NCBI GenBank assembly: GCA_032117075.1 | Contig: JAUMAA010000004.1 | Coordinates: 2,629 to 66,628 of the forward strand | DNA length: 64,000 nt | Origin: Patescibacteria group bacterium | GTDB taxonomy: Bacteria > Patescibacteriota > WWE3 > UBA101185 > UBA10185 | Direction: 5' to 3' | In this document: positions 38,196-46,582 of the stretch, one piece after another | How the letters are laid out: the number at the start of each line of letters is the position of its first letter | Position numbering within the stretch: the stretch's first letter is position 1 | The notes under the pieces: model-generated | Told to the model about the DNA's origin: nothing | Database searches by the model: none | The model's input: the letters and a program-made list of their open reading frames with translations, nothing else | Program-made: the position numbers and the translations under genes

Positions 38196-39080
38196 ATGAG
38201 AAATTTTTTTACTGAAGTTGAAAGTAATAAAACAAAAACAATATTTATCGTAATGTCCTTTTTTGGTCTGATGATTGCTCTTTCCTATGTTGTTTCTCTC
38301 TACTTGGGTAGGGGAAGTTTTGTTGGGGTTTTAGGTATGGCTTTAATTTTTTCTGGAATTTCTTCCTTTGTAAGCTATTACTATTCAGATAAACTCATTT
38401 TAACTATGTCAGGTGCTAAAGAAGTTATTAGAAAAGAGAATCCTGAAATATACAATTTAGTTGAGAACTTATGTATTGGTTCAGGCCTTCCAACACCAAA
38501 AATTTATGTAATTGAAGACACAGCACTCAATGCTTTCGCAACTGGAAGGAATCCAGAAAACGGAGTTGTGTGTTTGACTACAGGAATTATTTCCACTTTA
38601 AATAAAAGAGAATTAGAGGGAGTAATTGCTCATGAATTAGCACATATTGGTAATTATGATATTAGACTAGCTTCTTTAGTTTCTGTTTTAGTTGGTTCAA
38701 TTGTTTTTATTACTGATTGGGTAAGTCATGGTCTTTTTTGGAGTAGTGAGGAGAAAGAGGTTAATCCTCTTACTTTAGCTGTTTTGATTCTAACAATTAT
38801 TGCAGCTCCAATAATAGCTACGTTGATACAGCTCTCTATTTCTAGAAATAGAGAATATTTAGCCGATGCTACTGCTGCCTCTATGACTAGATATCCTGAG
38901 GGACTAGCTTCTGCATTAGAAAAGATTTCTGGAGACACGGAAGTTTTAGAAGCTGCTAATTCAGCAACAGCTCATATGTATATTTCAAATCCACTTAAAA
39001 ATAGTGGAAACTTTGTTGCAAATTTATTTTCAACCCACCCTCCCACAGAGGAAAGAATAAAAAGATTGAGGGAAATGTAA
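38196..39080 (+). CDS. htpX: M48-family zinc metalloprotease, HtpX-like
   Basis: 294-aa ORF with TM helices, HEXXH (AHELAHIGNYD) and a downstream Glu. The LemA/M48 pairing is common. Confidence 0.8.
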   Translation: MRNFFTEVESNKTKTIFIVMSFFGLMIALSYVVSLYLGRGSFVGVLGMALIFSGISSFVSYYYSDKLILTMSGAKEVIRKENPEIYNLVENLCIGSGLPTPKIYVIEDTALNAFATGRNPENGVVCLTTGIISTLNKRELEGVIAHELAHIGNYDIRLASLVSVLVGSIVFITDWVSHGLFWSSEEKEVNPLTLAVLILTIIAAPIIATLIQLSISRNREYLADATAASMTRYPEGLASALEKISGDTEVLEAANSATAHMYISNPLKNSGNFVANLFSTHPPTEERIKRLREM

Positions 39081-39370
39081 TGTTTACTCAGAATGATATT
39101 GAGAAGTTAAGTGAATTAGTTAAAGTAACTGTAGATGAAACTGAAAAGGAGAGGTTGGCAGGAATGCTCTCTCAAACTGCAGAATACATGGACATGCTTA
39201 ATGAGTTAAATACTGATCACATTGAACCAACTTACCAAGTTACTGGTCTTACAAATGTCTTTCAAACTGACAATTTAAATAAAACACTTACTCAAGAAGA
39301 GGTTTTAAGTAATTCGGCCCATCATTCTAAAGACATGATTCAAACTGAAGGAGTTTTTGATAGGGAGTAA
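39080..39370 (+). CDS. gatC: Glu/Asp-tRNA amidotransferase subunit C
   Basis: 96-aa ORF directly preceding gatA. GatC-like pattern (VAKLA ... LSELVKVTVDETEKERLAGMLSQTAEYMDML ... TD ... PT). Confidence 0.6.
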   Translation: MFTQNDIEKLSELVKVTVDETEKERLAGMLSQTAEYMDMLNELNTDHIEPTYQVTGLTNVFQTDNLNKTLTQEEVLSNSAHHSKDMIQTEGVFDRE

Positions 39371-39373
39371 TTT

Positions 39374-40801
39374 ATGAAAAAAGAACTTTGTTTTCTAACT
39401 TTACAAGAAGCTATTAACAAACTCAAATCAAAAGAAATAACTTCAATAGACTTAGTAAGTTCGTGTATTGAAAGAATCAATGAGGTTGAAGGGAATGTTA
39501 AAGCCTTTGTTACCCTAACAACTGACCAAGCAATAGCTGATGCAATTAGTGCCGATAAATTGATTGCTGAGAGGGGTGAAGAGGTTTTTGAGGAATTCCC
39601 TCTTTTAGGAATTCCGTATGCTTTAAAAGATAATTTTTCTACCAAAGGAATTTTAACCACTGCTTCTTCAAAAATGTTAGAAAACTATATTCCTCCCTTT
39701 GAATCAACAGTTAGTCAAAAATTAAATGATGCAGGAGCTATTTTACTTGGTAAAACCAATATGGATGCTTTTGCTCACGGTTCCTCTTCAGAAACTTCGG
39801 ATTTTAAAAAAACTGCCAATCCATGGGATTTAAAAAGAGTACCTGGCGGATCCTCAGGAGGATCTGCTGCAGCGGTTTCTGCCAATATGTGTATTTTTGC
39901 TATTGGTTCAGAAACCGCAGGTTCTATTAGAGGCCCTGCCTCTTGGTGTGGTGTAACTGGTTTTAAACCTTCTTATGGAAGGGTTTCAAGATATGGGGTA
40001 GTTGCTATGGCTTCCTCCACAGATCAACCAGGTCCTCTATGTAAAACAATGTGGGATGCTGCTTTTATTATGAATCTAATATCAGGAAAAGATATTAATG
40101 ATTCAACTACAGTTGAAAATGTTGTCCCAAATTATACGAATACCAATTATTCCGAACTTACTATTGGAATACCTAAATCCTACTTTGAAATTGAAATGGA
40201 TGAAGAAGTTAAAAGATTATCATTCGAATTTATTGAAAAGTTAAAACAATTGGGATTTAAAACAAAAGAAATAGATTTAATATCTCCTAAATATTCGATT
40301 GGAGTTTATACAATTATTCAAAGAAGTGAGGTTTCTTCAAACTTAGCTAGGCTCGATGGAATTAGATATGGACTTGATAGAAGTAACTTTGGATTTGAAG
40401 CAAAAAAAAGGATGATTTTGGGCTCCCATGTTCTTTCAAGTGGATTTCACGATAAATATTATACTAAAGCACAGAAAGTTAGAACTTTGATTATTAAAGA
40501 TTTTGCCAATGCTTTTAAAGAAGTTGACCTTATCATAGCTCCGACTATGCCCATAACTGCTCTTGAATTTGGTGAGGGTGAAAAGAATCCATTATTTGGA
40601 GAGATGATGGACATTTTACATGAAGGAAGTGCGATATCTGGCTTGTGCGCTATTTCTTTACCGATAGGTTTTTCTAAAGGACTTCCAGTAGGTGGGCAGT
40701 TAATAGCCACTAGACTAGATGAGGAAAAATTAGCATTTGCTGGTATTAAATATCAAGAAAATACACATTTTCACAAAGAATTTCCTAAGGAGATTATATG
40801 A
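39374..40801 (+). CDS. gatA: Glu/Asp-tRNA amidotransferase subunit A (amidase signature family)
   Basis: 475-aa ORF with the amidase signature GGSSGGSAAAVSA and the Ser-cisSer-Lys triad context. Confidence 0.9.
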   Translation: MKKELCFLTLQEAINKLKSKEITSIDLVSSCIERINEVEGNVKAFVTLTTDQAIADAISADKLIAERGEEVFEEFPLLGIPYALKDNFSTKGILTTASSKMLENYIPPFESTVSQKLNDAGAILLGKTNMDAFAHGSSSETSDFKKTANPWDLKRVPGGSSGGSAAAVSANMCIFAIGSETAGSIRGPASWCGVTGFKPSYGRVSRYGVVAMASSTDQPGPLCKTMWDAAFIMNLISGKDINDSTTVENVVPNYTNTNYSELTIGIPKSYFEIEMDEEVKRLSFEFIEKLKQLGFKTKEIDLISPKYSIGVYTIIQRSEVSSNLARLDGIRYGLDRSNFGFEAKKRMILGSHVLSSGFHDKYYTKAQKVRTLIIKDFANAFKEVDLIIAPTMPITALEFGEGEKNPLFGEMMDILHEGSAISGLCAISLPIGFSKGLPVGGQLIATRLDEEKLAFAGIKYQENTHFHKEFPKEII

Positions 40802-41229
40802 TTTTGAATAAAATTTTTACAGCAATATTTAAGTTATTCATAAGCATTTTTAAATATATTTTTAATCTTATCTTTAAAAAAAATGGGAAGAAGAAAGAGC
40901 AATACTTAAAGTTACATGAGGTTGAGTGGAAAAAAATTAATGAAGATTTGAAATCTGGTTCTCCGACCCTCTTGAAAAATACCCTAATCAGAGCAGATAA
41001 ATCTCTTGATAACATTTTAAAAGAAAAAACATCTGGAACTACTATGGGTGAAAGGTTAATTTCTGGAAAGAAGTTTTTCTCTGACAATACCTATCAAGAT
41101 ATTTGGTCAGCCCATAAAATTAGAAATAGTATGGTTCACGAAACTGGATTTGAACCAACCGTAAATTTATTAGTAAAATCTATTAATCAATTAAAAAGAG
41201 GTGTCAAAGAGTTAGGAGTAAAAGCATGA
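40798..41229 (+). CDS. Small protein with N-terminal hydrophobic helix and C-terminal HEPN-like (HepT/DUF86-type Rx4HE) motif, embedded in gatCAB
   Basis: 143-aa ORF overlapping the gatA stop and gatB start by 4 nt each. The C-terminal IWSAHKIRNSMVHETGFEPTVNLLVKSINQLK matches the W...RNxxxHEY...V pattern of HepT-type HEPN domains. No MntA-like partner is adjacent. Confidence 0.4.
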   Translation: MILNKIFTAIFKLFISIFKYIFNLIFKKNGKKKEQYLKLHEVEWKKINEDLKSGSPTLLKNTLIRADKSLDNILKEKTSGTTMGERLISGKKFFSDNTYQDIWSAHKIRNSMVHETGFEPTVNLLVKSINQLKRGVKELGVKA

Positions 41230-42527
41230 ATGAGTATCATTTAGTTCTAGGTTTAGAAATACATTTTCATTTAAAAACCAAAAAGAAAGTATTTTGTGGA
41301 TGCGATGCTAACTTTTACGGTGATGAACCAAACACTCATGTTTGCCCATCTTGTTTGGGTCTGCCAGGTGCACTTCCTGTAGCAAATTTTGAAGCTGTCA
41401 ATAAAACACAAATTTTAGGTACCGCTTTAAATTGTGAGTTAAATAAGTTTTCCAGATTTGACAGAAAGCATTATTTTTACCCAGATCTTCCAAAAGGGTA
41501 TCAAATTTCTCAAAATGAGTTTCCATTGTGTGTAGGCGGATTCGTAATACTAGATTCTGGAAAAAAATGCGACTTAGATAGAATTCATTTAGAAGAAGAT
41601 GCCGCTAAATCATTTCATTCTGGAGGCAGAACACTAATTGATTACAATAAATCAGGGGCTGCCTTAGTTGAAATAGTTACTAAGCCAATTTTTGAAACAG
41701 CTGCAGAAGCTGTAGAATTTTCTAAAAAAATTCAAGATATTGTTAGAACTCTAGGTATTGCAGATGTAGATATGGAAAAAGGTCAATTAAGGCTTGAGGC
41801 GAATATTTCTATTAGGACTTCTGAGATGAAAGATAAAGGTGAGTATCCAAATTATAAAGTTGAAGTTAAAAATATAAATTCATTTAAATTTTTAGAAAAG
41901 GCAATTAATTACGAAATTTTAAGACAAACAGAAGCTCTTCAAAAAGGGGAAAAATTATCTCAGGAGAATAGAGGATTTAATGAAGCAAAAGGTGTAACAG
42001 TTTTACAAAGAAAGAAAGAGGAGGCTAAAGATTATAGGTATTTTCCAGACCCAGATTTGCCTCCTATGACCTTTACTGATGAATATATTTTAGATTTAAA
42101 GAATTCTCTTCCAGAATTACCTTTTGCAAAATATCAAAAATTAAAATCTGAATTTGGATTAAACGAAAATCAAGCTAGATTTTTAACCAACGGTGATGGG
42201 TTAGATTTATATTCTAGGTTTATGGAACTTGTTTCTTTAGTAGATGCAGTTAAGTTAGCAAATTTACTAATTAATAAACCTGAATTCAGAAATTTAACAA
42301 ATGAAGAATTCGTACAAAAAATAAAAGAATTAGAAACATCAAATGTTTCTGATGAGAAAATACTTGAGATTGTGAAGAATGTTTTATCTAGAGAAACAGA
42401 TGCTGTGGAGAAAATCAAAGCAGGTAAAGAATCTGTCATGATGTACCTGGTAGGTCAAGTTATGAAAGAATTAAAAGCTAAGGTTGATACTATTAAAATT
42501 ATTGAAGTAATTAAATCTAATTTATGA
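41226..42527 (+). CDS. gatB: Glu/Asp-tRNA amidotransferase subunit B
   Basis: 433-aa ORF with the GatB N-terminus (YHLVLGLEIHFHL ... VFCGC), the catalytic region and a C-terminal YqeY-like tail. Confidence 0.85.
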   Translation: MNEYHLVLGLEIHFHLKTKKKVFCGCDANFYGDEPNTHVCPSCLGLPGALPVANFEAVNKTQILGTALNCELNKFSRFDRKHYFYPDLPKGYQISQNEFPLCVGGFVILDSGKKCDLDRIHLEEDAAKSFHSGGRTLIDYNKSGAALVEIVTKPIFETAAEAVEFSKKIQDIVRTLGIADVDMEKGQLRLEANISIRTSEMKDKGEYPNYKVEVKNINSFKFLEKAINYEILRQTEALQKGEKLSQENRGFNEAKGVTVLQRKKEEAKDYRYFPDPDLPPMTFTDEYILDLKNSLPELPFAKYQKLKSEFGLNENQARFLTNGDGLDLYSRFMELVSLVDAVKLANLLINKPEFRNLTNEEFVQKIKELETSNVSDEKILEIVKNVLSRETDAVEKIKAGKESVMMYLVGQVMKELKAKVDTIKIIEVIKSNL

Positions 42528-43636
42528 AATATGATATTTTAATAGTCGGGGCGGGCATTTCTGGGTTAACTTTAGCTGAAAGATACTCAACAGTTTTAAA
42601 TAAAAAAGTTCTTTTAATAGATATAAGGGATCATATTGGAGGTAATTGTTATGATTATATAAATGAAATTGGTATTTTAGTTCCAAAATACGGCCCTCAT
42701 TTTTTCCATACAAACAATGAAAAAGTTTGGGATTATGTTTCAAAATTTACTGAATGGACCCCTTATGAACACAGAGTTCTAGCAAAAGTTAAAAAAAAAT
42801 TAGTTCCAGTACCTGTAAATATTACAACTGTTAATAAACTTTTTAATTTAAAAATATCAAATGAAGATGAAATGGAAAAGTTTCTAGAAAAAGAAAGACA
42901 GGATTTAGATCAAGTTTTAAATTCTGAGGATTCTGCTTTGAAAAGAGTTGGAAAAAGGATATATGAACTTATTTTTAAGAATTACACAATAAAGCAATGG
43001 GACATGCTTCCCTCAGATTTAAATCCTTCTGTTCTAAATAGAATCCCTATAAGGAATAATTTTGATGATAGGTATTTTACAGATAAATACCAAGCTATGC
43101 CTAAAAATGGATACACAAAATTGTTTAAAAAAATGATTAAAAGTTCAAATATAGAAGTTAAACTAAATACAGATTATTTTGAGTTAAAAGAAAATTTATT
43201 ATATCAAAAAATGTTTTTTACTGGTCCAATTGACAGATTTTTTGATTTTTTATATAAAGAAAAATTGCAATATAGGTCATTAAAGTTCAAACATGAAAAT
43301 TTAAACCAAGAATACTTTCAAAATGTTGCTCAAGTTAATTATCCTAACAATTTTAAATTTACTAGGATAACTGAGCCTAAGCACTCATATGGTAAAAAAA
43401 ATAAAAAAACAACAATAATAAAAGAATATCCCACTTGGAAAGGGGAGGGGTATTATCCTGTTCCAAATGAAAGAAACTTAAATCTATATTATAAATATCA
43501 AAGTATTGCAAAAGAATATGAAAAGCAAAATATCTATTTTGTTGGGAGGTTAGCGACTTACAAATATATTAATATGGATGAGGCATTTAATTGTGCTTTA
43601 GAATTATTTGAAAAACTAGAACCTAATGTTACTTGA
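42524..43636 (+). CDS. glf: UDP-galactopyranose mutase
   Basis: 370-aa ORF with FAD-binding GAGISGL, IDIRDHIGGNCYDY and GPHFFHTNNEKVW, all Glf hallmarks. Confidence 0.85.
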   Translation: MKYDILIVGAGISGLTLAERYSTVLNKKVLLIDIRDHIGGNCYDYINEIGILVPKYGPHFFHTNNEKVWDYVSKFTEWTPYEHRVLAKVKKKLVPVPVNITTVNKLFNLKISNEDEMEKFLEKERQDLDQVLNSEDSALKRVGKRIYELIFKNYTIKQWDMLPSDLNPSVLNRIPIRNNFDDRYFTDKYQAMPKNGYTKLFKKMIKSSNIEVKLNTDYFELKENLLYQKMFFTGPIDRFFDFLYKEKLQYRSLKFKHENLNQEYFQNVAQVNYPNNFKFTRITEPKHSYGKKNKKTTIIKEYPTWKGEGYYPVPNERNLNLYYKYQSIAKEYEKQNIYFVGRLATYKYINMDEAFNCALELFEKLEPNVT

Positions 43637-44657
43637 AATAAACAAATCCAATTATTATAACTACATTAAGTCAATACACCTCAATAAAAGGTATAAATTA
43701 TTAGTATGTATTCCTACTTTTAAATCATTTGAAATAACTTCTAAGTCAATAAAATCTCTTTATAATCAAAAAGATATATCATTCGATTTATTAGTTATAG
43801 GTCCATCCGGGGATATAGAACTTTTAGTTGAGAAATTTCCAGATATAAATTTTTGTATTACTAAAGATAATTATGGTTCAAGTGGTAATCAATTGTTAAA
43901 TATCTATATTTCAAAGGATTTTAAATATGAATATGTTGTTTTAACAGATAACGATGCTTTTTTTCTGGATGACTTTGGGTTAAGTAAAATGTTACATATT
44001 TTGAAAAGAGATAATTTGGTATGGGTATTTCCAATCCTAAACAATATAGATTTAAAAACAAATAAATATTACCTAGGTTCTACATTTCATTGTAGTCTTT
44101 TTTCATCAGAAATTTTTCTTTATTTAGAATATTATTTTAATCCAAATTATTTTTTATTGTTTGATGATGTTTCATTTTCCAAAAGATTAGAGTATGTTTT
44201 TCCTGGTAGATTTAAATATGTAGATGTTAGGTACTATCATCCAAGAAAATTAAATGTGCTAAGCTTTGATAAAAAATATTCCTTTTTTTGTACTAGAAGT
44301 ATTTTAATTTACCTTTTTAGAGAAAGATTTCCTTTGAAATTTAAATTAAGTTCAATGTATTTAAGACCTGTACTCTCTATATTATTGATTTTTTTTTTGA
44401 AATATGGATTTGATTATATTAAGATTTTGGCAGAATGTTTAAAACAAGTATATAAAAATGATTATAATTTAAATTATCTTAATAATTTAAAAAATAAGAT
44501 TGTATTTGAAGAGATTTCAGAAAAGAAAGCATTAAAAATTGAAAAGATTAAACCATTTAAATTAATAAATAATCTTTATCAAACAATTTTTGTTCCTGAA
44601 AAATTTAAATATAAAGATTCTGATAATAAATTTAAATATTTTATTAGAATTTACTAA
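43626..44657 (+). CDS. GT2-like glycosyltransferase (putative galactofuranosyltransferase by glf adjacency)
   Basis: 343-aa ORF with an N-terminal GT-A-like beta strand (LLVCIPTFKSFEIT) and a DXD-like TDND. Overlaps glf by 11 nt. Confidence 0.4.
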   Translation: MLLEINKSNYYNYIKSIHLNKRYKLLVCIPTFKSFEITSKSIKSLYNQKDISFDLLVIGPSGDIELLVEKFPDINFCITKDNYGSSGNQLLNIYISKDFKYEYVVLTDNDAFFLDDFGLSKMLHILKRDNLVWVFPILNNIDLKTNKYYLGSTFHCSLFSSEIFLYLEYYFNPNYFLLFDDVSFSKRLEYVFPGRFKYVDVRYYHPRKLNVLSFDKKYSFFCTRSILIYLFRERFPLKFKLSSMYLRPVLSILLIFFLKYGFDYIKILAECLKQVYKNDYNLNYLNNLKNKIVFEEISEKKALKIEKIKPFKLINNLYQTIFVPEKFKYKDSDNKFKYFIRIY

Positions 44658-44680
44658 CTTATATTTGATAGAATAAGGAC

Positions 44681-46507
44681 ATGGAATTTAAATTCGATCC
44701 TGCCAATCCTAAGTATGAGTATATAACTGATATCTCACATTATCAAAAAGCAATCAAAGAACTTGAGGGTGTAAATGTTCTGTCAGTTGACACTGAGACC
44801 ACAGGTTTTGATCCTCATACTTGTAAGTTGTTGTTATTTCAAATTTCTACATCAGACAAGAGTTATATTATAGATGCCAGGGCATTAAATGTTGGTGAGT
44901 TGCCAGAAATAAGAGAAATATTAGAAGATCAAAAAAAAATTAAAATTCTTCAAAATGCAAAATTTGATTATAAATTTATAAAAAAACATACTGGAATTGA
45001 AATGTACAACATTTATGACACACTTTTAGCTGAGGGAGTGTTAACGGCAGGTCTTTCAGGAGGCAGAGCTTCCTTGAAAGAATTAACAAAAAATTACCTT
45101 GGTTTAGATATGGATAAAAATATTCGAAAAAGTTTTGTCGGTCTAAAAGATATCAATTTTTCTGATGAGCAGTTAAAGTATGCTGCGATTGACACCTTTG
45201 TTTTATTCCCAATTTTTGATGCTCAAGTTCCTAAATTAAAGTTACAAGGTGTGGTTGACACGGCTAAAACCGAATTTGCTGTTACTAAGGTTATTGGAGA
45301 AATGGAACTAAGAGGTGTCTATATTAATAAATCAAAGTGGAAAGATATTATTATAAATCTATCAAAAAGAAGAGATGAGTTAACTTTAGATTTTTACGAT
45401 AAGATTTCGGGATATTACGAATACAATGCGATAGACTTATTTGGAAACACAGCTCCTCCGATTAATATTAATTCTCAGCCCCAACTATTAGATTTATTTA
45501 ATAAAAAAGTGGGGCTGAATTTACCCTCTACAGGAGACCCAATTTTAGAAACAGTAAATCATCCATTAGTAAATCTTCTTAGGGAATACAGAAAATATGA
45601 AAAATTGATTTCAGCTTTTGGTGACTCTCTTTTAGATAAAATTAATCCAGTAACACATAGAATACACCCTGAGTTTAATCAAATGGGTGCAGCCACTGGA
45701 AGATTTTCTTGCAATAATCCAAACTTACAACAAATTCCTAGAAACCAACCTGAAGCTCCATTTAGAGAGTGTTTTAATCCAGGAGATGGGTATAAATTTG
45801 TAATTTCAGATTATTCTTCAATGGAGATGAGAATTTTGGCAGATCTTTCAGGAGATGCAAAATTTATTAATGCTATTAAAAATGGTTATGACTTGCATTC
45901 GTATACTGCTGCACTAATGTTTGGCCTTGAATATACAGATGATTTTAAGAAACATCATGGTGACTTAAGGCAAGCTGCAAAAGCTATTAACTTCGGACTG
46001 ATGTACGGAATGGGACCTGGAAGACTTGCAGCTCAAATTAATGTGTCTCCGGAACAAGGAAAGGAATACATGGAGAAATATTTTTCTTCGTATCCAAGTG
46101 TTAGGGATTTCTTAAAAAGGGTGGCCTCTGAAGCTGTAAGAAATGGTTATTCTGCAACTCCTGGGGGAAGAAAAAGATGGTATAAAATGCCTGACAAAAA
46201 TGATCCTGATTATAAAAAACTTATTGGATCAGTTGAAAGGCAGGCAAAAAATCATCCAATTCAGGGTACAAATGCCGATGCCATGAAATTTGCACTTGTT
46301 TCATTATATGAAAGAATGAAAAGGGAAAAAATTGATGCATACATCTTACTTACAGTTCATGATGAAATTGTGACTGAATGTAATTCCGAATTTGCAGACA
46401 CCTTTAAAGATATATTATCCGAAGAAATGGTGAAAGCTGCGGAGGTTTTCGTTAAAAAGGTCCCTATTGTTTCAGACCCATTTGTTGGTGATGTTTGGGA
46501 GCATTAA
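44681..46507 (+). CDS. polA: DNA polymerase I, Klenow-like (3'-5' exonuclease plus polymerase; no 5'-3' nuclease domain)
   Basis: 608-aa ORF that starts directly with the 3'-5' exo motif I (VLSVDTETTGFD). Pol motif A (DYSSMEMRILA), motif B (RQAAKAINFGLMYGMG) and motif C (LLTVHDEIV) are present. Confidence 0.85.
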   Translation: MEFKFDPANPKYEYITDISHYQKAIKELEGVNVLSVDTETTGFDPHTCKLLLFQISTSDKSYIIDARALNVGELPEIREILEDQKKIKILQNAKFDYKFIKKHTGIEMYNIYDTLLAEGVLTAGLSGGRASLKELTKNYLGLDMDKNIRKSFVGLKDINFSDEQLKYAAIDTFVLFPIFDAQVPKLKLQGVVDTAKTEFAVTKVIGEMELRGVYINKSKWKDIIINLSKRRDELTLDFYDKISGYYEYNAIDLFGNTAPPININSQPQLLDLFNKKVGLNLPSTGDPILETVNHPLVNLLREYRKYEKLISAFGDSLLDKINPVTHRIHPEFNQMGAATGRFSCNNPNLQQIPRNQPEAPFRECFNPGDGYKFVISDYSSMEMRILADLSGDAKFINAIKNGYDLHSYTAALMFGLEYTDDFKKHHGDLRQAAKAINFGLMYGMGPGRLAAQINVSPEQGKEYMEKYFSSYPSVRDFLKRVASEAVRNGYSATPGGRKRWYKMPDKNDPDYKKLIGSVERQAKNHPIQGTNADAMKFALVSLYERMKREKIDAYILLTVHDEIVTECNSEFADTFKDILSEEMVKAAEVFVKKVPIVSDPFVGDVWEH

Positions 46508-46547
46508 TTGAAGTTCAAGCCTCCCCGATTCTTTTTAGCAAGTATCT

Positions 46548-46575
46548 TGCAAAGGTGCCAGAAAATGATAATATA
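46548..46575 (+). promoter_or_regulatory. Candidate promoter upstream of the clpC-like gene (TTGCAA-N16-TAATAT)
   Basis: TTGCAA at 46548-46553 and TAATAT at 46570-46575, ending 7 nt before the ATG. Pattern only. No CtsR-type GGTCAAA repeats seen. Confidence 0.3.
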
Positions 46576-46582
46576 AATTCAT

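Noticed and set aside
35840-39080. polX, lemA and htpX as a possible novel system
   Set aside because: LemA with an M48/HtpX-like protease is a widespread housekeeping pair, and PolX is a common stand-alone repair polymerase. Nothing beyond adjacency links them.
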